This document shows positions 1 through 9,950 of a stretch of DNA of 64,000 nucleotides, one piece after another. Origin of the DNA: Nostoc sp. DedSLP01. GTDB taxonomy: Bacteria > Cyanobacteriota > Cyanobacteriia > Cyanobacteriales > Nostocaceae. The position numbers and the translations under genes were made by a program. The notes beneath the pieces are model-generated. The model made no database searches and was not told the origin of the DNA. It worked only from the letters and a program-made list of their open reading frames with translations. The stretch covers positions 32,001 through 96,000 of the forward strand of contig JAVRCJ020000008.1 in the NCBI GenBank assembly GCA_034530875.2. The letters are read 5' to 3'. Position 1 is the stretch's first letter. Each line of letters opens with the position of its first letter.

Positions 1-1161
1 GATATTAAGTTACTCAGTGTCTACGATCGCACCTTCAATTTACATCGCGGTGGCAAAATCAGCATTGCTAGCCGAATTCCCTTAAAAAGCGTGTCCGATC
101 TAGCAATGGCCTACACCCCAGGCGTCGGTCGGATTTGTACTGCGATCGCTCAAGACCCAGAGGAAGTTTACAACTTAACCATTAAACAAAATACTGTTGC
201 CATTGTTACAGATGGTAGTGCAGTTTTAGGTTTAGGAAATCTCGGGCCGGCGGCGGCATTGCCTGTTATGGAAGGCAAAGCAATGCTATTCAAGGAATTT
301 GCCGGGCTGGATGCTTTTCCCATCTGTTTAGCTACCCAAAATACAGATGAGATTATCCAGGCAGTTAAGAATATTGCTCCGGTATTTGGTGGCGTGAATT
401 TAGAAGATATTGCCGCGCCGCGTTGTTTTGAAATTGAAGCGAGATTGCGGCAGGAATTAGATATTCCAGTTTTCCATGACGACCAACACGGTACCGCAAT
501 TGTCACCTTAGCAGCATTGTTTAATGCCTTGAAGTTAGTACATAAAGCAATTGGTGAAATCCGCATTGTGATTAATGGTGCAGGGGCCGCGGGAGTAGCG
601 ATTGCCCGCTTGCTCAAGAAAGCCGGCGCAGACAAAATTTGGATGTGCGACTCCAAAGGAATTATTTCTACCAGCCGTACAGACCTCACAGAAGAAAAAC
701 TCGAATTTGCCGTCAAAGCTCAAGGTACCTTAGCGGGTGCAATGCAAGGCGCAGATGTATTTATTGGTGTTAGCGTACCGGGAGTTTTGACACCGGAAAT
801 GGTGCAATCAATGGCGAAAGACCCAATAGTATTTGCCATGGCCAATCCGATTCCGGAAATTCAGCCAGAATTAATTCACAAAAACGTTGCTGTCATCGCC
901 ACCGGTCGCAGTGATTACCCCAATCAAATCAATAACGTTTTAGCTTTTCCGGGAGTGTTCCGTGGTGCTTTAGATTGTCGGGCACAGACAATTACCACCA
1001 CGATGTATCTAGAAGCCGCAAGTGCGATCGCTTCTTTGGTCAAACCTTCAGACTTGGATCGAGAACATATCATTCCTTCAGTCTTTGACGAACGCGTTGT
1101 AACTGCTGTTGCTGCTGCCGTGCAACGCGCCGCGCGTCAAGAAGGTATTGCTCGGAATTAG
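1..1161 (+). CDS. NAD(P)-dependent malic enzyme (5' end lies outside the window)
   Basis: Frame is open from base 1 (DIKLLSVYDRTFNLHRGGKI...). Malic enzyme motifs AYTPGV, VTDGSAVLGLG, LEDI, FHDDQHGTA, NGAGAAG, NQINNVLAFPG. Confidence 0.93.
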   Translation, partial: DIKLLSVYDRTFNLHRGGKISIASRIPLKSVSDLAMAYTPGVGRICTAIAQDPEEVYNLTIKQNTVAIVTDGSAVLGLGNLGPAAALPVMEGKAMLFKEFAGLDAFPICLATQNTDEIIQAVKNIAPVFGGVNLEDIAAPRCFEIEARLRQELDIPVFHDDQHGTAIVTLAALFNALKLVHKAIGEIRIVINGAGAAGVAIARLLKKAGADKIWMCDSKGIISTSRTDLTEEKLEFAVKAQGTLAGAMQGADVFIGVSVPGVLTPEMVQSMAKDPIVFAMANPIPEIQPELIHKNVAVIATGRSDYPNQINNVLAFPGVFRGALDCRAQTITTTMYLEAASAIASLVKPSDLDREHIIPSVFDERVVTAVAAAVQRAARQEGIARN

Positions 1162-1279
1162 TTAATCGATTTCAAAAATTACTTTTGAGGGACGGGCGAA
1201 GCGCCTGTCCCATTTGGTTTTCTGCGGCAATTTGGGAACAATAAGTTAATACTGACGTCCCTATGGCTGACCTTTCGGT

Positions 1280-2929
1280 ATGAAAATTTCTCACAAACTT
1301 CTTGTAAGCTTTGTTGGTATTTCCTTATTAACGAATGTTGTTGGTGTAGTTGCGATCGCCCAAAGCCAGAAAATTGCTGAAACTCTAGCGATCGCCGAAG
1401 CTGAACACGTTGCGCAAGTGGTTGCCACTTCCATAACCCACGATGCTTATTACGATAAAAAATCTATTTCTATAGAACATTCGGACGAGCTGCAACACTA
1501 CACCAATTTGTTACACGATCTGCAAAAACGCGACATTGTGGTAGTCAATCGGCAAAAACTAATTTTGGCGGATGCCGTTCCGGAAAATGTCGGCACTATT
1601 TTTGACCATGACCAAGGCAACGAAATCCAGCAAACGATCCAGGATGGTAAAGTCAGAACCTTTTTAGAAAAGAGTGTTGATTATCCCCAAGGAATTAAAC
1701 TCATTGTCGTGACGCTCAAAGGCGAACAAAATCAGGTCGATGGTGCTGTCATTTTAGAGTGGTCATCGCTGTATGACAACGCCATCGCCCAAGCTAGACC
1801 GATAATGATTGCGATCGCTTTTACCAGTTTCGCTTGTGTGATTTTGGCATTGATTCTAGGCTTTCACATTTCCAGCAGTATTGCCAAACCACTGCAATTA
1901 GTGACGGAAGTGGCGCAGCAAGTCACCCAAGAGTCTAACTTTGACCTAAAAGCCCCTATAAGCACCAAGGATGAAACAGGTGTTCTGGCAACTGCATTCA
2001 ACAATCTAATTGAACGTGTCAAAACAGTGCTGGCTGAAAAAGAGCAACGTTCAACAGAACTTCAAGAAGCTTTAACTCAGCTTCACAACACTCAATTACA
2101 ACTAATTCAAACTGAAAAGATGTCGAGTTTGGGGCAGCTGGTTGCTGGAGTTGCCCACGAGATCAACAACCCTGTGAATTTTATTCATGGCAATATTGGC
2201 TATCTCGATCGCTACACTCAAGACCTATTGAAATTGGTTCAGGCATATCAGGTGCAGTACCCGAATCCGCCCCAAACGCTGCAAGCCACTTTAGATGAGG
2301 TGGAATTCGACTTTCTGAGTGAAGACGCGATGAAGGTGCTGCAATCAATCAAAGTCGGCACTGGGCGCATTCGGGAAATCGTTTTATCTCTTCGTAACTT
2401 CTCGCGCCTCGATGAATCCGAATTTAAAACTGTTGACATTCATGAGGGTATTGAGAGTACACTGCTGATTCTGCAACATCGCCTCAAAGGAAGACCGCAA
2501 TCTCCGGGAATTGAAGTCGTTAAAAACTACAGTCAATTGCCTTTGGTTGAGTGCTATCCCGGACAACTCAATCAGGTATTTATGAACTTACTGGCGAATG
2601 CAATTGATGTACTCGAAGAATCTGCTCGACAACCACAGCCTCCGAAAATCTCGATTTCAACTCAACTGACGGCTGATAATCGCGTACAAATTGCGATCGC
2701 CGACAATGGTTTGGGGATACCTGAAGCAGTACGAGGGCGTATTTTCGATCCTTTTTTCACCACTAAACCCATCGGCAAAGGCACAGGCTTGGGCTTATTC
2801 ATCAGCTACCAAATAATCACACAAAAACATCATGGCAACATCTGGTGTGATTCCAAAATATCAGAAGGCGTCAAAATTGTAGTTGAAATCCCAGTTCATC
2901 AACCTAAAGAACTCCAAAAAATAAATTAG
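1280..2929 (+). CDS. Membrane sensor histidine kinase (2 TM, HAMP, HisKA, HATPase)
   Basis: H-box VAHEINNP, N-box [31 protein letters not shown]-like KPL...[11 protein letters not shown]. Confidence 0.93.
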   Translation: MKISHKLLVSFVGISLLTNVVGVVAIAQSQKIAETLAIAEAEHVAQVVATSITHDAYYDKKSISIEHSDELQHYTNLLHDLQKRDIVVVNRQKLILADAVPENVGTIFDHDQGNEIQQTIQDGKVRTFLEKSVDYPQGIKLIVVTLKGEQNQVDGAVILEWSSLYDNAIAQARPIMIAIAFTSFACVILALILGFHISSSIAKPLQLVTEVAQQVTQESNFDLKAPISTKDETGVLATAFNNLIERVKTVLAEKEQRSTELQEALTQLHNTQLQLIQTEKMSSLGQLVAGVAHEINNPVNFIHGNIGYLDRYTQDLLKLVQAYQVQYPNPPQTLQATLDEVEFDFLSEDAMKVLQSIKVGTGRIREIVLSLRNFSRLDESEFKTVDIHEGIESTLLILQHRLKGRPQSPGIEVVKNYSQLPLVECYPGQLNQVFMNLLANAIDVLEESARQPQPPKISISTQLTADNRVQIAIADNGLGIPEAVRGRIFDPFFTTKPIGKGTGLGLFISYQIITQKHHGNIWCDSKISEGVKIVVEIPVHQPKELQKIN

Positions 2930-2945
2930 TTAATCCAAAACACAC

Positions 2946-3038
2946 CACTTTGTCAACTATTTTTAATGAAGTACCAAGCTGGAGATGAGTTTTTCTAAAG
3001 ATACCGTTGATTTCAGCAAGGCTAATTCTCAAGCATAC
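2946..3038 (+). repeat. Degenerate copy of the phoD-like gene 5' end (direct repeat of 3902-3995)
   Basis: Manual alignment gives 9 mismatches and 1 gap over ~94 nt. Contains ATG and reads MKYQAGDEFF* versus MKYEAGDEFFQ. Confidence 0.9.
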
Positions 3039-3042
3039 AAAG

Positions 3043-3534
3043 TTAACTTTCTTCATCAACAAGTTGTAGAACACTTCTGTAGAGAGATGCAGCGACCCAA
3101 AATCCTGCTTGCTCAATCAAAGCATCAAGCAAGGGTTTAACCTCACAAATCAGTCCTTGACTTTTTGCTTCCACCAGAATACCTAAAACTCCTGTGTATC
3201 GAAGATTTAATCTAGCAGCAATTATACGACCGCGACGTTCATCAATCAACACTCGATTTGCTCCTAGTTCAACTGCTAAAGCGATCGCCTCAGCTTCTCC
3301 AATATGAAGTTCGTTACCAAGTGCTTCAACCACTGCGCGATTGATAACTCAACGAGTTTGAATCCAATCAAAAGTTTGTACTTCAGTTGCGCCTGCTACT
3401 GGAAAGTCAGGATCGGTTAGTTCTTGATAGACAGATTCAGGAATAATAACTGTTCCGTAAAGTTGCTGTAGTAGATGAAGCTCGCCAATCGCTGCCAGAT
3501 TATTGATTGGTGACGTATCGCTGACAATCGTCAC
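3043..3534 (-). pseudogene. DUF3368-type PIN-domain toxin with in-frame TGA at 3349-3351
   Basis: N-terminal IVSDTSPI and C-terminal LHIGEAEAIALA...LIDERRGR. The two ORF pieces share a frame (QTR*VINRAVVEAL). Confidence 0.85.
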
Positions 3535-3776
3535 AGTTTGCCCATCTCCCGCAAGTTCTGAATATCTTGTTCAAAATCTTCTACATCGTAATGTACTGGG
3601 ATTTTACGACTTGCGAGTAAGTGCTGAAAAGCAATACGATTCATGCCTGCAAACTGACTTGCTTGAGCAAGAGTAAACTTTTCCTTTTGAAAAAGCATCA
3701 CAGCAATTTCCTGCCTCATTTCAGCTTCAGTCATGCGAGTTGCAGTTAAGATTTCATCAGAAATAACAATAGTCAT
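3531..3776 (-). CDS. UPF0175 family antitoxin-like protein
   Basis: 81 aa, EIAVMLFQKEKFTLAQASQFAGMNRIAFQHLLASRKIPVHY; overlaps the PIN gene start by 4 nt. Confidence 0.85.
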   Translation of the reverse strand: MTIVISDEILTATRMTEAEMRQEIAVMLFQKEKFTLAQASQFAGMNRIAFQHLLASRKIPVHYDVEDFEQDIQNLREMGKL

Positions 3777-3921
3777 GCCTATAGCTCTTTACGATCGCTA
3801 TTTTAAGTACAGCACAATTCCAAATTGATATATTGTCTAGTGATGAGATTATTTGTCAATCGCTATCAGTTAAAGCAATATATACAAAATACAACTACTT
3901 TCACTTTGTCAACTGTTTTTA

Positions 3922-6264
3922 ATGAAGTACGAAGCTGGAGATGAGTTTTTCCAAGGACTACCGCTGATTTTGGCAGGGCCAATTCTCAAGCATACTGAAC
4001 CTGGATCGGTAACGGTATGGCTGGCACTCAAACAGGCTTGTCAGGTAGAACTCAAGGTTTATGACACAACAAATGATGGTGGAGTCCTGGGAGAATGCTT
4101 ATTAGAGGGCGATCGCGCTACAGTTGCTTTGGGTAAGTATCTTCATGTAGTTGCTGTCACGGCTCGGTCTACAGATGGGCATTGCCTAACTAGCGGTAAC
4201 ATCTATGGATACGACCTCCAGTTGACTGTTGCTAACCAGGCTCCGCAAACGCTACAACAAGCATTATGCTCGAGCTCCCACCCTACAGCTAGCATCAGTT
4301 ACTTTGAGCATCAAAAACCAACTTTTACCCTACCATCCTGCCGCCTCAAAGATTTACAAATTGTCCATGCTTCCTGTCGTAAACCTCATGGTTCCGGGTT
4401 TGATGCCCTACCAATTCTCGACAGCCTAATTGAGGTATCTGCAAATCAAGTCCAACGCCGTCCTCAGCAGCTATTCCTGACTGGGGATCAAATTTATGGT
4501 GATGATGTAGCAGATCCATCGCTGTGGGTTGCGACTACTTTGGGAGATGTGCTGCTTGGTTGGGAGGAAGAATTGCCTGTGGGTGGAACGTACTGCACTC
4601 CCAAGGAACTGCCCCCAGGAGAACGAGCTAAAGTTGCTACCAATGAAGCTGGCTTGACCGCAGGATTACATAATAAATCTGAGAAAGTTGCCAGTCATTT
4701 GCTGAGTTTGGGGGAGTACTACGCTACTTATTTATTAGCGTGGTCGCCAGCGTGCTGGCCGGAGGCCTTCCCTAAGGGACGCCAAGTAACGCGCGATCGC
4801 CGCGCCATCAAAAACTGGAACCGAGCAGTCCAGGATTTGCGACAATTCATTTATACACTGGGTAAAGTGCGTCGCGCCCTGGCCAATATTCCTGTCTACA
4901 CCATCTTTGACGACCATGATGTGAGTGATGACTGGAATTTAAACCAAGCTTGGTGTTTGCGAGTGCTGGGGCGTCCCTTGGGGCGACGAGTAGTGCAAAA
5001 TGCTTTGTTAGCTTATACAGTGTTTCAAGCTTGGGGCAATACACCAGAGCAATTTACAGCAGGTCAACCTGGAGAAAAACTGCTGGCTGCTGCACAAACT
5101 TGGTCGGCTAAACAAGGGAAGGATACAACAGCTGATGAAGCGATCGCCCGTTATCTCGGTATGCCACCCAACGATCCCCGCACAAATTTACCTGTTTTAG
5201 TCCGAGACGGTTCGGTATTCATTTTAGCTCGACATTCTGAATCAATTACTTGGAATTACATAGTTAAAAGCGATTGTCATGAAGCGATCGTCTTGGATAC
5301 CCGTACTTGGCGGGGCTATCCAGCCGATCAAAAAGCGATCGCTCCACCAATGCTGCTATGTCCCAAAGCCTTTGAGCAACAACTAGTTTTGCCTTTACAA
5401 AAAATAGCCGAAGATCCTCACAATCAAGCCACATTTGTAATTGCACCCACTAATGTATTTGGGTCGCAAGTAATTGATTGGATTCACCATTGGAATTTAA
5501 AACAAGAGAAAGTTTTTTCTACCGATGTTGGTGATGCTTGGAACATTAATGTTGAAGCATTAGGGAAATTCTTGAATACTTTATTCGAGCAACGTCAAAA
5601 AGTGATTATTTTATCTGGAGATATTCACTACAGTTTTGCGGCTCGTTTGTCTTATGCACGTACTGATTCTCAACTGCGATCGGTTTTAGTACAGTTAACT
5701 TCTAGCGCTCTCAAAAATGAAGAAACACTAACGCGCTTGATTCATACACGAATGAAAGATTGGTTATTAGCAGAAAAGCGGCGATATTGGATTGGATGGA
5801 TGAATCCAAGTAATATGGTTGAAGTTTCTGGGAAAACATTACACCGCAATACTTTTACTGTCAAACGCTACCACAAAAATCGGCTAAACCAAAGCCAAGA
5901 ATTAACTAACCCTGACTGGTATTGCGTGCTGGAATGGATAATTCGACAAAGCGCTCAGACTTATAGCTGTACAACGGATTTATCATCGTTTATAGCTCCT
6001 TGGCAACGCGCAAAAAATGCCAAAATGCGATATTTACAGCCTCTAATGTTTTGGAAATTTCGTTGGTTTCAAGAAGGACGAGAAGTAGTTGGATTGAATA
6101 ACTTAGGTTTGGTTAAGTTTGAGTTACCAGATGCGAGTACTTATTACCAAATTATTCAAGATTCCTACTGGTTTTCTTCTTGGGAGCCAACCCAAATTGT
6201 TTACAGCCGTTTTGAAAGTGAGTTAACACCAAATCAATTATTGTTGCAGAATGTTAGATTTTAG
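3922..6264 (+). CDS. PhoD-like metallophosphoesterase, no obvious signal peptide
   Basis: Motifs HASCRKPHG, LTGDQIYGDDV, IFDDHDV, LDTRT, LSGDIHY. Confidence 0.8.
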   Translation: MKYEAGDEFFQGLPLILAGPILKHTEPGSVTVWLALKQACQVELKVYDTTNDGGVLGECLLEGDRATVALGKYLHVVAVTARSTDGHCLTSGNIYGYDLQLTVANQAPQTLQQALCSSSHPTASISYFEHQKPTFTLPSCRLKDLQIVHASCRKPHGSGFDALPILDSLIEVSANQVQRRPQQLFLTGDQIYGDDVADPSLWVATTLGDVLLGWEEELPVGGTYCTPKELPPGERAKVATNEAGLTAGLHNKSEKVASHLLSLGEYYATYLLAWSPACWPEAFPKGRQVTRDRRAIKNWNRAVQDLRQFIYTLGKVRRALANIPVYTIFDDHDVSDDWNLNQAWCLRVLGRPLGRRVVQNALLAYTVFQAWGNTPEQFTAGQPGEKLLAAAQTWSAKQGKDTTADEAIARYLGMPPNDPRTNLPVLVRDGSVFILARHSESITWNYIVKSDCHEAIVLDTRTWRGYPADQKAIAPPMLLCPKAFEQQLVLPLQKIAEDPHNQATFVIAPTNVFGSQVIDWIHHWNLKQEKVFSTDVGDAWNINVEALGKFLNTLFEQRQKVIILSGDIHYSFAARLSYARTDSQLRSVLVQLTSSALKNEETLTRLIHTRMKDWLLAEKRRYWIGWMNPSNMVEVSGKTLHRNTFTVKRYHKNRLNQSQELTNPDWYCVLEWIIRQSAQTYSCTTDLSSFIAPWQRAKNAKMRYLQPLMFWKFRWFQEGREVVGLNNLGLVKFELPDASTYYQIIQDSYWFSSWEPTQIVYSRFESELTPNQLLLQNVRF

Positions 6265-6407
6265 ATTTATCTTGCATAGCTCAATCCAAAATGGAAATTA
6301 GCAAATCTAAAATTGTTTGCCAACAATCGGCTTAACTGTGAAAATTTAAATTTGAGTCGTATGATGTGGGCATTCTAGATTGAACAAACATACTGGAGAG
6401 TGATTCT

Positions 6408-6881
6408 ATGTCTACGACTCGAATTAGTGCAACACTGTCACAAACAGACAGAGATGCTGTGTTGCAAGCAATAAAAACAATTAGAGAAAAACTACCCTTT
6501 TTGGTTGATTTGAGTCCTGATGACCGTAAAACTTTACCCAAGATGGGAGATAAGAGTCGGGCGTTTGTCAGCAAAGCATTACAGGTTGCAGCGCAGAATC
6601 CAGACTTTTTACCGCGTTCATTCAACCTTGATGAAATGCAAAAAGACGTGCAATTATATGAAGCGTTGTATCCGGTATTGTTGTCGTTGACACAATTGCA
6701 AGAACTCGTAGATGATACTTCTTTGGCAGTAGGCAGTGAAGCTTATGCAGCCGCGTTGCAAGTCTATAACTACGCCAAATCTAGCGGACAAGGGGCGGGT
6801 TTAGATGCAGTAGTCGTGGAAATGGGAAAACGATTTGCTCGTAAACCTGTAAAGGTCGAGTATGAAGAACCAATGTTGTAA
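6408..6881 (+). CDS. Conserved-looking hypothetical alpha-helical protein (157 aa)
   Basis: Clean ORF with RBS GGAGAG upstream; amphipathic helical pattern; no catalytic motif recognised. Confidence 0.8.
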   Translation: MSTTRISATLSQTDRDAVLQAIKTIREKLPFLVDLSPDDRKTLPKMGDKSRAFVSKALQVAAQNPDFLPRSFNLDEMQKDVQLYEALYPVLLSLTQLQELVDDTSLAVGSEAYAAALQVYNYAKSSGQGAGLDAVVVEMGKRFARKPVKVEYEEPML

Positions 6882-6899
6882 AAAATAAGTCGGTAGTTG

Positions 6900-7214
6900 C
6901 ATTTTTGAAGTATAACGTTGAGGCTCAGAACTTGAATGTTGGATTTAAAAACACGACATTCCGAGTTTTGAGCTTCATTTTTGGAGTTCAAAGGCTCGGC
7001 GTTCCAGCAAAAAGGTGCAACTTCCGAGTTCAAAGGCTCGACGTTCCAGCAAAAAGGTGCAACTTCCGAGTTCCGAGGCTCAGCGTTCGAGCAAAAAGGT
7101 GCAACTTTCGAGTTCAAAGGTGCAACGTTCAAGCAAAAAGGTGCAACTTCCGAGTTCAAAGGCTCAACGTTTGAGTAAAAAGGTGCAACTTCCGAGTTCA
7201 GAGGCTCATCTTTC
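6900..7214 (+). repeat. Tandem array of 21-bp units with 42-bp higher-order repeat
   Basis: 6984-7214 holds 5.5 copies of GAGTTCAAAGGCTCRRCGTTC-CAGCAAAAAGGTGCAACTTCC. About four more degenerate 21-mers lie at ~6900-6983. Confidence 0.93.
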
Positions 7215-9940
7215 GTTGGCATCAGCGACAAGCAACACTGCGACAAGAATATCAAGTAGATATTGCAGTGCATGATAATTACACCGTTTGGTTAGCATTA
7301 GTACAAGAGACAATGTTGGGTGGTTTGGATGAAACCCAGTGCCAAAAAGAATTTGCTTTACAAGCGGCTTATGTAGTGTTTATTCGTTTGCTGTTGATTC
7401 GAGTTTGTGAAGATAAGGAAATTTTCTCCCATAAGTTTGTATCAGATGGTGGAATCAAGCATTGGCAAGAAGATATTCAAAGATATTGGGTGTTTGCAAC
7501 TGGAAACCCCTATAGTCCTTTGCTGGACATGGCGTATCGCAATGCTCAAAATATTTATGCCCATTTTTTTACAGGGCGAGAGTTGTTTAATTGGTATCAG
7601 TTAGACAAGCAGCAATTAATTATGACATTACATCAACTCAGCCGTTTTAACTTTGCTGGAGTTGATTCAGATATTGTCGGCACTGTCTACAACACTTATG
7701 TTAACCGTAAAGAAAAACGCGAAAAAGGACAATATTACACACCTCCTGAAATTGTTAATTACATTCTTGATGAGGTGGGATATACAACCGGTACAGCAAT
7801 TATCGGTGCTAATAAACGCTTGATTGATCCTGCGTGTGGTAGTGGTTCGTTTTTAGTATCTGCTGCTAAACGTTTAGTGGCAGCTTATAAAGGTAATGCT
7901 CAACAAATAGAAGATCCGGCGGCGGTATTGGAACGGGTACAGAATAATTTATATGGATTTGATTTAAATCCCTTTGCTTGTTATTTAGCAGAGGTAAATT
8001 TACTTATTCAAGTTTTGGATTTGGTGAAACTTGCCTATGAAAAAGGACAGCAACAACCAATCCAGCGATTTAATATTTATAACGTGGATGCTCTAGCGCG
8101 TCCCACTGGAACATATCGCTATGCACTATTTAACACACTGATTGCTGAAGAAAGCGATCAGGTAGATCAAATTAAAAGTCGTGCGCCTAATACGCCCTAT
8201 GCCAATGGTTTTGCATTTGTTGTAGCAAATCCTCCCTATGGGGCAAAACTCAGTGATTTTTATAAAGATATCCTACGAGCAGATTATGCAGATGTATTTT
8301 ATGGTAGACCTGATACGTATACCTTCTTCCTAAAATTAGGAATTGAATGTTTAGCAACTCATGGTAGGCTCGGTTTTATTACACCCAACACATATTTAAT
8401 GGGAATAAATACTGTTGCTCTACGTAGAGAGCTAATGAGAACAGCAAGAATTGAGCAGATTGTCGATTTACCTCAAGGCATTTGGCCAGATGCTAACGTA
8501 GACTGTGTATTGATATTCTTGACGGAAGAATATAAGGAAGAACATCGTAAATCACAACAAGTAAAAATTAATTTATTAAATATACGAGATACTTTAGATA
8601 AGCTTACAACACGCTCTTGGGCTGAAGTTTTAGAACAGAACCAGGCTCAATGGATGAACCATCTAAAATGTGAAATTAATATTCGCTATGATACATTATT
8701 ACAAAAAATTGAAGAGGCTTGCCAGCTAGCTTGTAATAATGGGGATACTCCAAAAGTTATAAGACTAGATGATATTACATTTATCAATAGAGGAGTCGAG
8801 CCTTACCATTCTCGTGAACAAGGTCGTTCTGGTATATACATTAAACCTCAAAGAGAACTTACTGCTAATGAACAAAATTGGAAACCATTAATTGATAGTA
8901 CTGGATTTGTGGGACGCTATGAGTTGCGTTGGGGCAAATCTAGACCACATCTAAATTATGGGAATTGGCTTTACAGAGCTTACGAACCAAAATTTTATGA
9001 ATCACCTAAACTACTTGTTCAATCTATACGTAATCGCGCTTTAAAACGCAGGCTTGTGGCAACATACGATGATAAAAAATTCTATAATCGCCACAATTTT
9101 AACAATATTATTGCAGATGAGTCTAAATTGTATAATTTAAAATATATTCTAGCACTATTTAACTCATCAGTATTAAATTACTGGTACAGTAGAAGATTTG
9201 AAAATGTCAATATTAACCCATCATATTTTCGCCAACTACCTATCTATCCTGCTGATGCTGAAATACAAGCCGAATTTGTGGAATTAGTAGACCAGATATT
9301 GGCAAAAAATGCAACAATTAATCAACTAAGAGAGCAGGGATACACTATTAGACGTAAACGTGATGGAAGTAAACTTATTGAAGTCCCATTTAATCACTTG
9401 CTAGTTGAAATTCAACAAGCCAATCCCAACTTTTCAACGTTGAGTTTATTTGATGCCAAAGCCGCACAACTTTTTAGCATACCAGAAAGTTGTAATCTTC
9501 AGGAAACCATTAGTAGTAACGTTTTTATTCCAACCCAATATCCAAATACAGTTGTTTTACGCCATAAAAAACTTTGGTTAGAAGTCCCTGATGAGCATGT
9601 AAGGAGATTTCTACTAGGTTATTTAAAAAGTCCTCTCTGGCAAGGCAAAAATTGGGATCAAATTAAGAACTCAGCGCAAATTCCCGCAGAAGTTAGCGAT
9701 CGCAATTTCTTCTTTGCTACAGAAGAACAAAAGAAGGCTGAGATTCAAACTTTACTAGATGAAGTAGCCCAAATTGATGCAGAAATTGATGAAAAAGTGC
9801 TTGACCTTTACGGCATTATAAATCCAGCAGATAGACAACGCATCTTAGGTAGCGCACCAATAGTTGAAGAGGAAGAAGGGAATCAAGACACAATAGAAGC
9901 CGAAAATGGACAAGATGAAACCAATATTGAATCAGAATAA
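7214..9940 (+). CDS. N6-adenine DNA methyltransferase of type IIG/Eco57I-like R-M architecture, apparently N-terminally truncated
   Basis: GQYYTP, DPACGSG, YGFDLNP, VVANPPY, LGFITPN and a TaqI_C-like TRD (PKLLVQSIR...YILALFNSSVLNYWY). The frame is open upstream of GTG 7268 into the array (RWHQRQATLRQEYQVDIAV). Confidence 0.85.
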   Translation, partial: RWHQRQATLRQEYQVDIAVHDNYTVWLALVQETMLGGLDETQCQKEFALQAAYVVFIRLLLIRVCEDKEIFSHKFVSDGGIKHWQEDIQRYWVFATGNPYSPLLDMAYRNAQNIYAHFFTGRELFNWYQLDKQQLIMTLHQLSRFNFAGVDSDIVGTVYNTYVNRKEKREKGQYYTPPEIVNYILDEVGYTTGTAIIGANKRLIDPACGSGSFLVSAAKRLVAAYKGNAQQIEDPAAVLERVQNNLYGFDLNPFACYLAEVNLLIQVLDLVKLAYEKGQQQPIQRFNIYNVDALARPTGTYRYALFNTLIAEESDQVDQIKSRAPNTPYANGFAFVVANPPYGAKLSDFYKDILRADYADVFYGRPDTYTFFLKLGIECLATHGRLGFITPNTYLMGINTVALRRELMRTARIEQIVDLPQGIWPDANVDCVLIFLTEEYKEEHRKSQQVKINLLNIRDTLDKLTTRSWAEVLEQNQAQWMNHLKCEINIRYDTLLQKIEEACQLACNNGDTPKVIRLDDITFINRGVEPYHSREQGRSGIYIKPQRELTANEQNWKPLIDSTGFVGRYELRWGKSRPHLNYGNWLYRAYEPKFYESPKLLVQSIRNRALKRRLVATYDDKKFYNRHNFNNIIADESKLYNLKYILALFNSSVLNYWYSRRFENVNINPSYFRQLPIYPADAEIQAEFVELVDQILAKNATINQLREQGYTIRRKRDGSKLIEVPFNHLLVEIQQANPNFSTLSLFDAKAAQLFSIPESCNLQETISSNVFIPTQYPNTVVLRHKKLWLEVPDEHVRRFLLGYLKSPLWQGKNWDQIKNSAQIPAEVSDRNFFFATEEQKKAEIQTLLDEVAQIDAEIDEKVLDLYGIINPADRQRILGSAPIVEEEEGNQDTIEAENGQDETNIESE

Positions 9941-9950
9941 GGGTTAAGCA

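Noticed and set aside
168..716. Antisense ORFs over malic enzyme and other genes (for example 14155, 30182, 40455, 41486, 49561)
   Set aside because: They are shadow frames of well-supported genes with no recognisable motifs.
6984..7214. CRISPR array
   Set aside because: Units are contiguous tandem repeats with no unique spacers, and no cas genes are in the window.
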